Source of the DNA: Vicinamibacterales bacterium
GTDB lineage: Bacteria > Acidobacteriota > Vicinamibacteria > Vicinamibacterales > JAMQPK01
Direction: 5' to 3'
NCBI GenBank assembly: GCA_035281225.1
Contig: DATEEI010000117.1
Span: 62,720-126,719 of the forward strand
DNA length: 64,000 nt
Part shown: positions 63,101-64,000 of the stretch, piece by piece
Layout: the number at the start of each line of letters is the position of its first letter
How positions within the stretch are numbered: the stretch's first letter is position 1
Notes under the pieces: model-generated
Seen by the model: only the letters and a program-made list of their open reading frames with translations
Database searches by the model: none
What the model was told of the DNA's origin: nothing
Made by a program: the position numbers and the translations under genes

Positions 63101-63952
63101 TCATCTCTGAATCACGGTGCGCGCCAGCTTGAGCGTGGCGTCCATTGGCGCCTCGAGGCCGCCGCTCGGCAGCGAGGCGATGCGGAATCCTTCTTTCAAT
63201 CGGCGTACAACGTCGGCCTCAGTCACCGTGATGGCCGCCGGGATGTTTCTCGCCATGCACGCTTTCAACACGGTTTGAACGGCTGCCTCGTGCTCGGGCG
63301 AGCCCTGCGGCACGCCGAGGGACCACGATAGGTCGTTCGGTCCCACGAAGAGCACGCCGATACCGGGTACCGACAGAATCTCGTCGATGTTCTTCACACC
63401 CTCTACGGTTTCCACCTGAAGGAAGAGGAGCAACTCGCCTTGCGGGTTCGCCGGCCAAATATCTGCGCGCCGAGAGTACTCCGGTCTGGATAATCCCCAG
63501 AACCACGCCGCCGGCATGTTGCCGTTGCCGCGCCGACCGACCGGATTGGGGTACTTAGATCCTTTCATCTGTGGATAACGCGCGGCGGACACGGCGTTGA
63601 GCGCCTGTTCTCTGTTCTCGATGGCCGGAAACATGATCCCGAAAGCGCCCATGTCGAGCACCTGCTTCACGATGGCTTCGTTCGGCGCACGGCCATAGGT
63701 CGGGATCCGGACGATAGGAGGTACGCGCACCTGGAGGTTGCCTTGCTTGGCAATCTCTGCCTTATTCGTCGAACCGAGCAGGAACGTTTCCAAGCGCTCG
63801 AAATCGAGCCCCCGGTGTTCCATGTCGATGATGATGAAATCGAGGTCGGAAGACGCGAATTGCGCCGCCGCATAGAGGGAAAAATCGTACATGATCGCGC
63901 CCGCCAGCGACTTGCCCCGGGCCAGCTTGTCGATTGCGCCGTTGAGCCGCAC
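63101..63952 (-). CDS. HpcH/HpaI-family aldolase
   Basis: 'LDFIIIDMEHRGLDFERLETFL', 'VRIPT', 'MFPAIENREQA', 'LFLQVETVEGVKNIDEI', 'LFVGPNDLS' are HpcH/HpaI blocks. Confidence 0.8.
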   Translation of the reverse strand: MRLNGAIDKLARGKSLAGAIMYDFSLYAAAQFASSDLDFIIIDMEHRGLDFERLETFLLGSTNKAEIAKQGNLQVRVPPIVRIPTYGRAPNEAIVKQVLDMGAFGIMFPAIENREQALNAVSAARYPQMKGSKYPNPVGRRGNGNMPAAWFWGLSRPEYSRRADIWPANPQGELLLFLQVETVEGVKNIDEILSVPGIGVLFVGPNDLSWSLGVPQGSPEHEAAVQTVLKACMARNIPAAITVTEADVVRRLKEGFRIASLPSGGLEAPMDATLKLARTVIQR

Positions 63953-64000
63953 TGCGCTCTCTTGAGCCGAGACGAATCCCGCACTCGCCCAGACCGCTAG

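Overview
High-GC bacterial chromosomal window. The gene content (a CarboxypepD_reg-type TonB receptor, many hybrid sensor kinases, many DUF and toxin-antitoxin genes) resembles Acidobacteriota-like soil bacteria, but that is inference only. I can support about 60 protein genes, one tRNA-Arg(TCT), one ydaO-class c-di-AMP riboswitch, several intrinsic-terminator hairpins and a few promoter/operator candidates. Housekeeping genes include PBP1A, ilvE, phoU, an OmpA-like lipoprotein and an NtrC-type two-component system. The window is signalling-rich: PAS, CHASE, MASE1-GAF-PAS and HAMP sensor kinases, a pseudo-receiver-PilZ protein, and an ECF sigma with two candidate anti-sigma partners. The accessory content is six type II TA-like modules between 17.4 and 34.6 kb, a truncated methyltransferase beside the tRNA, and a possible PadR remnant. 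I saw no integrase, transposase, CRISPR array, reverse transcriptase or recognisable phage-defence enzyme, so I call no mobile element or defence island. Most noteworthy: (1) a c-di-AMP riboswitch in front of a translationally coupled kimA / 61-aa membrane ORF / second KimA-architecture permease operon; (2) a divergent tetR / arsR-rhodanese locus with MFS, rhodanese-MBL and two SAM methyltransferases, read as a putative reactive-sulfur module; (3) a SoxR-like regulator missing one Fe-S cysteine, with a soxbox-like 19-bp-spacer promoter driving a tiny membrane protein; (4) a canonical sigma54 promoter aimed at a RodZ-N-like HTH gene next to an enhancer-binding protein; (5) a translationally coupled DUF2339/DUF3999 pair; (6) an ECF sigma - TonB receptor - DUF4331 - DUF4198 cluster. 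All family names come from motif recognition by eye; no database search was run.
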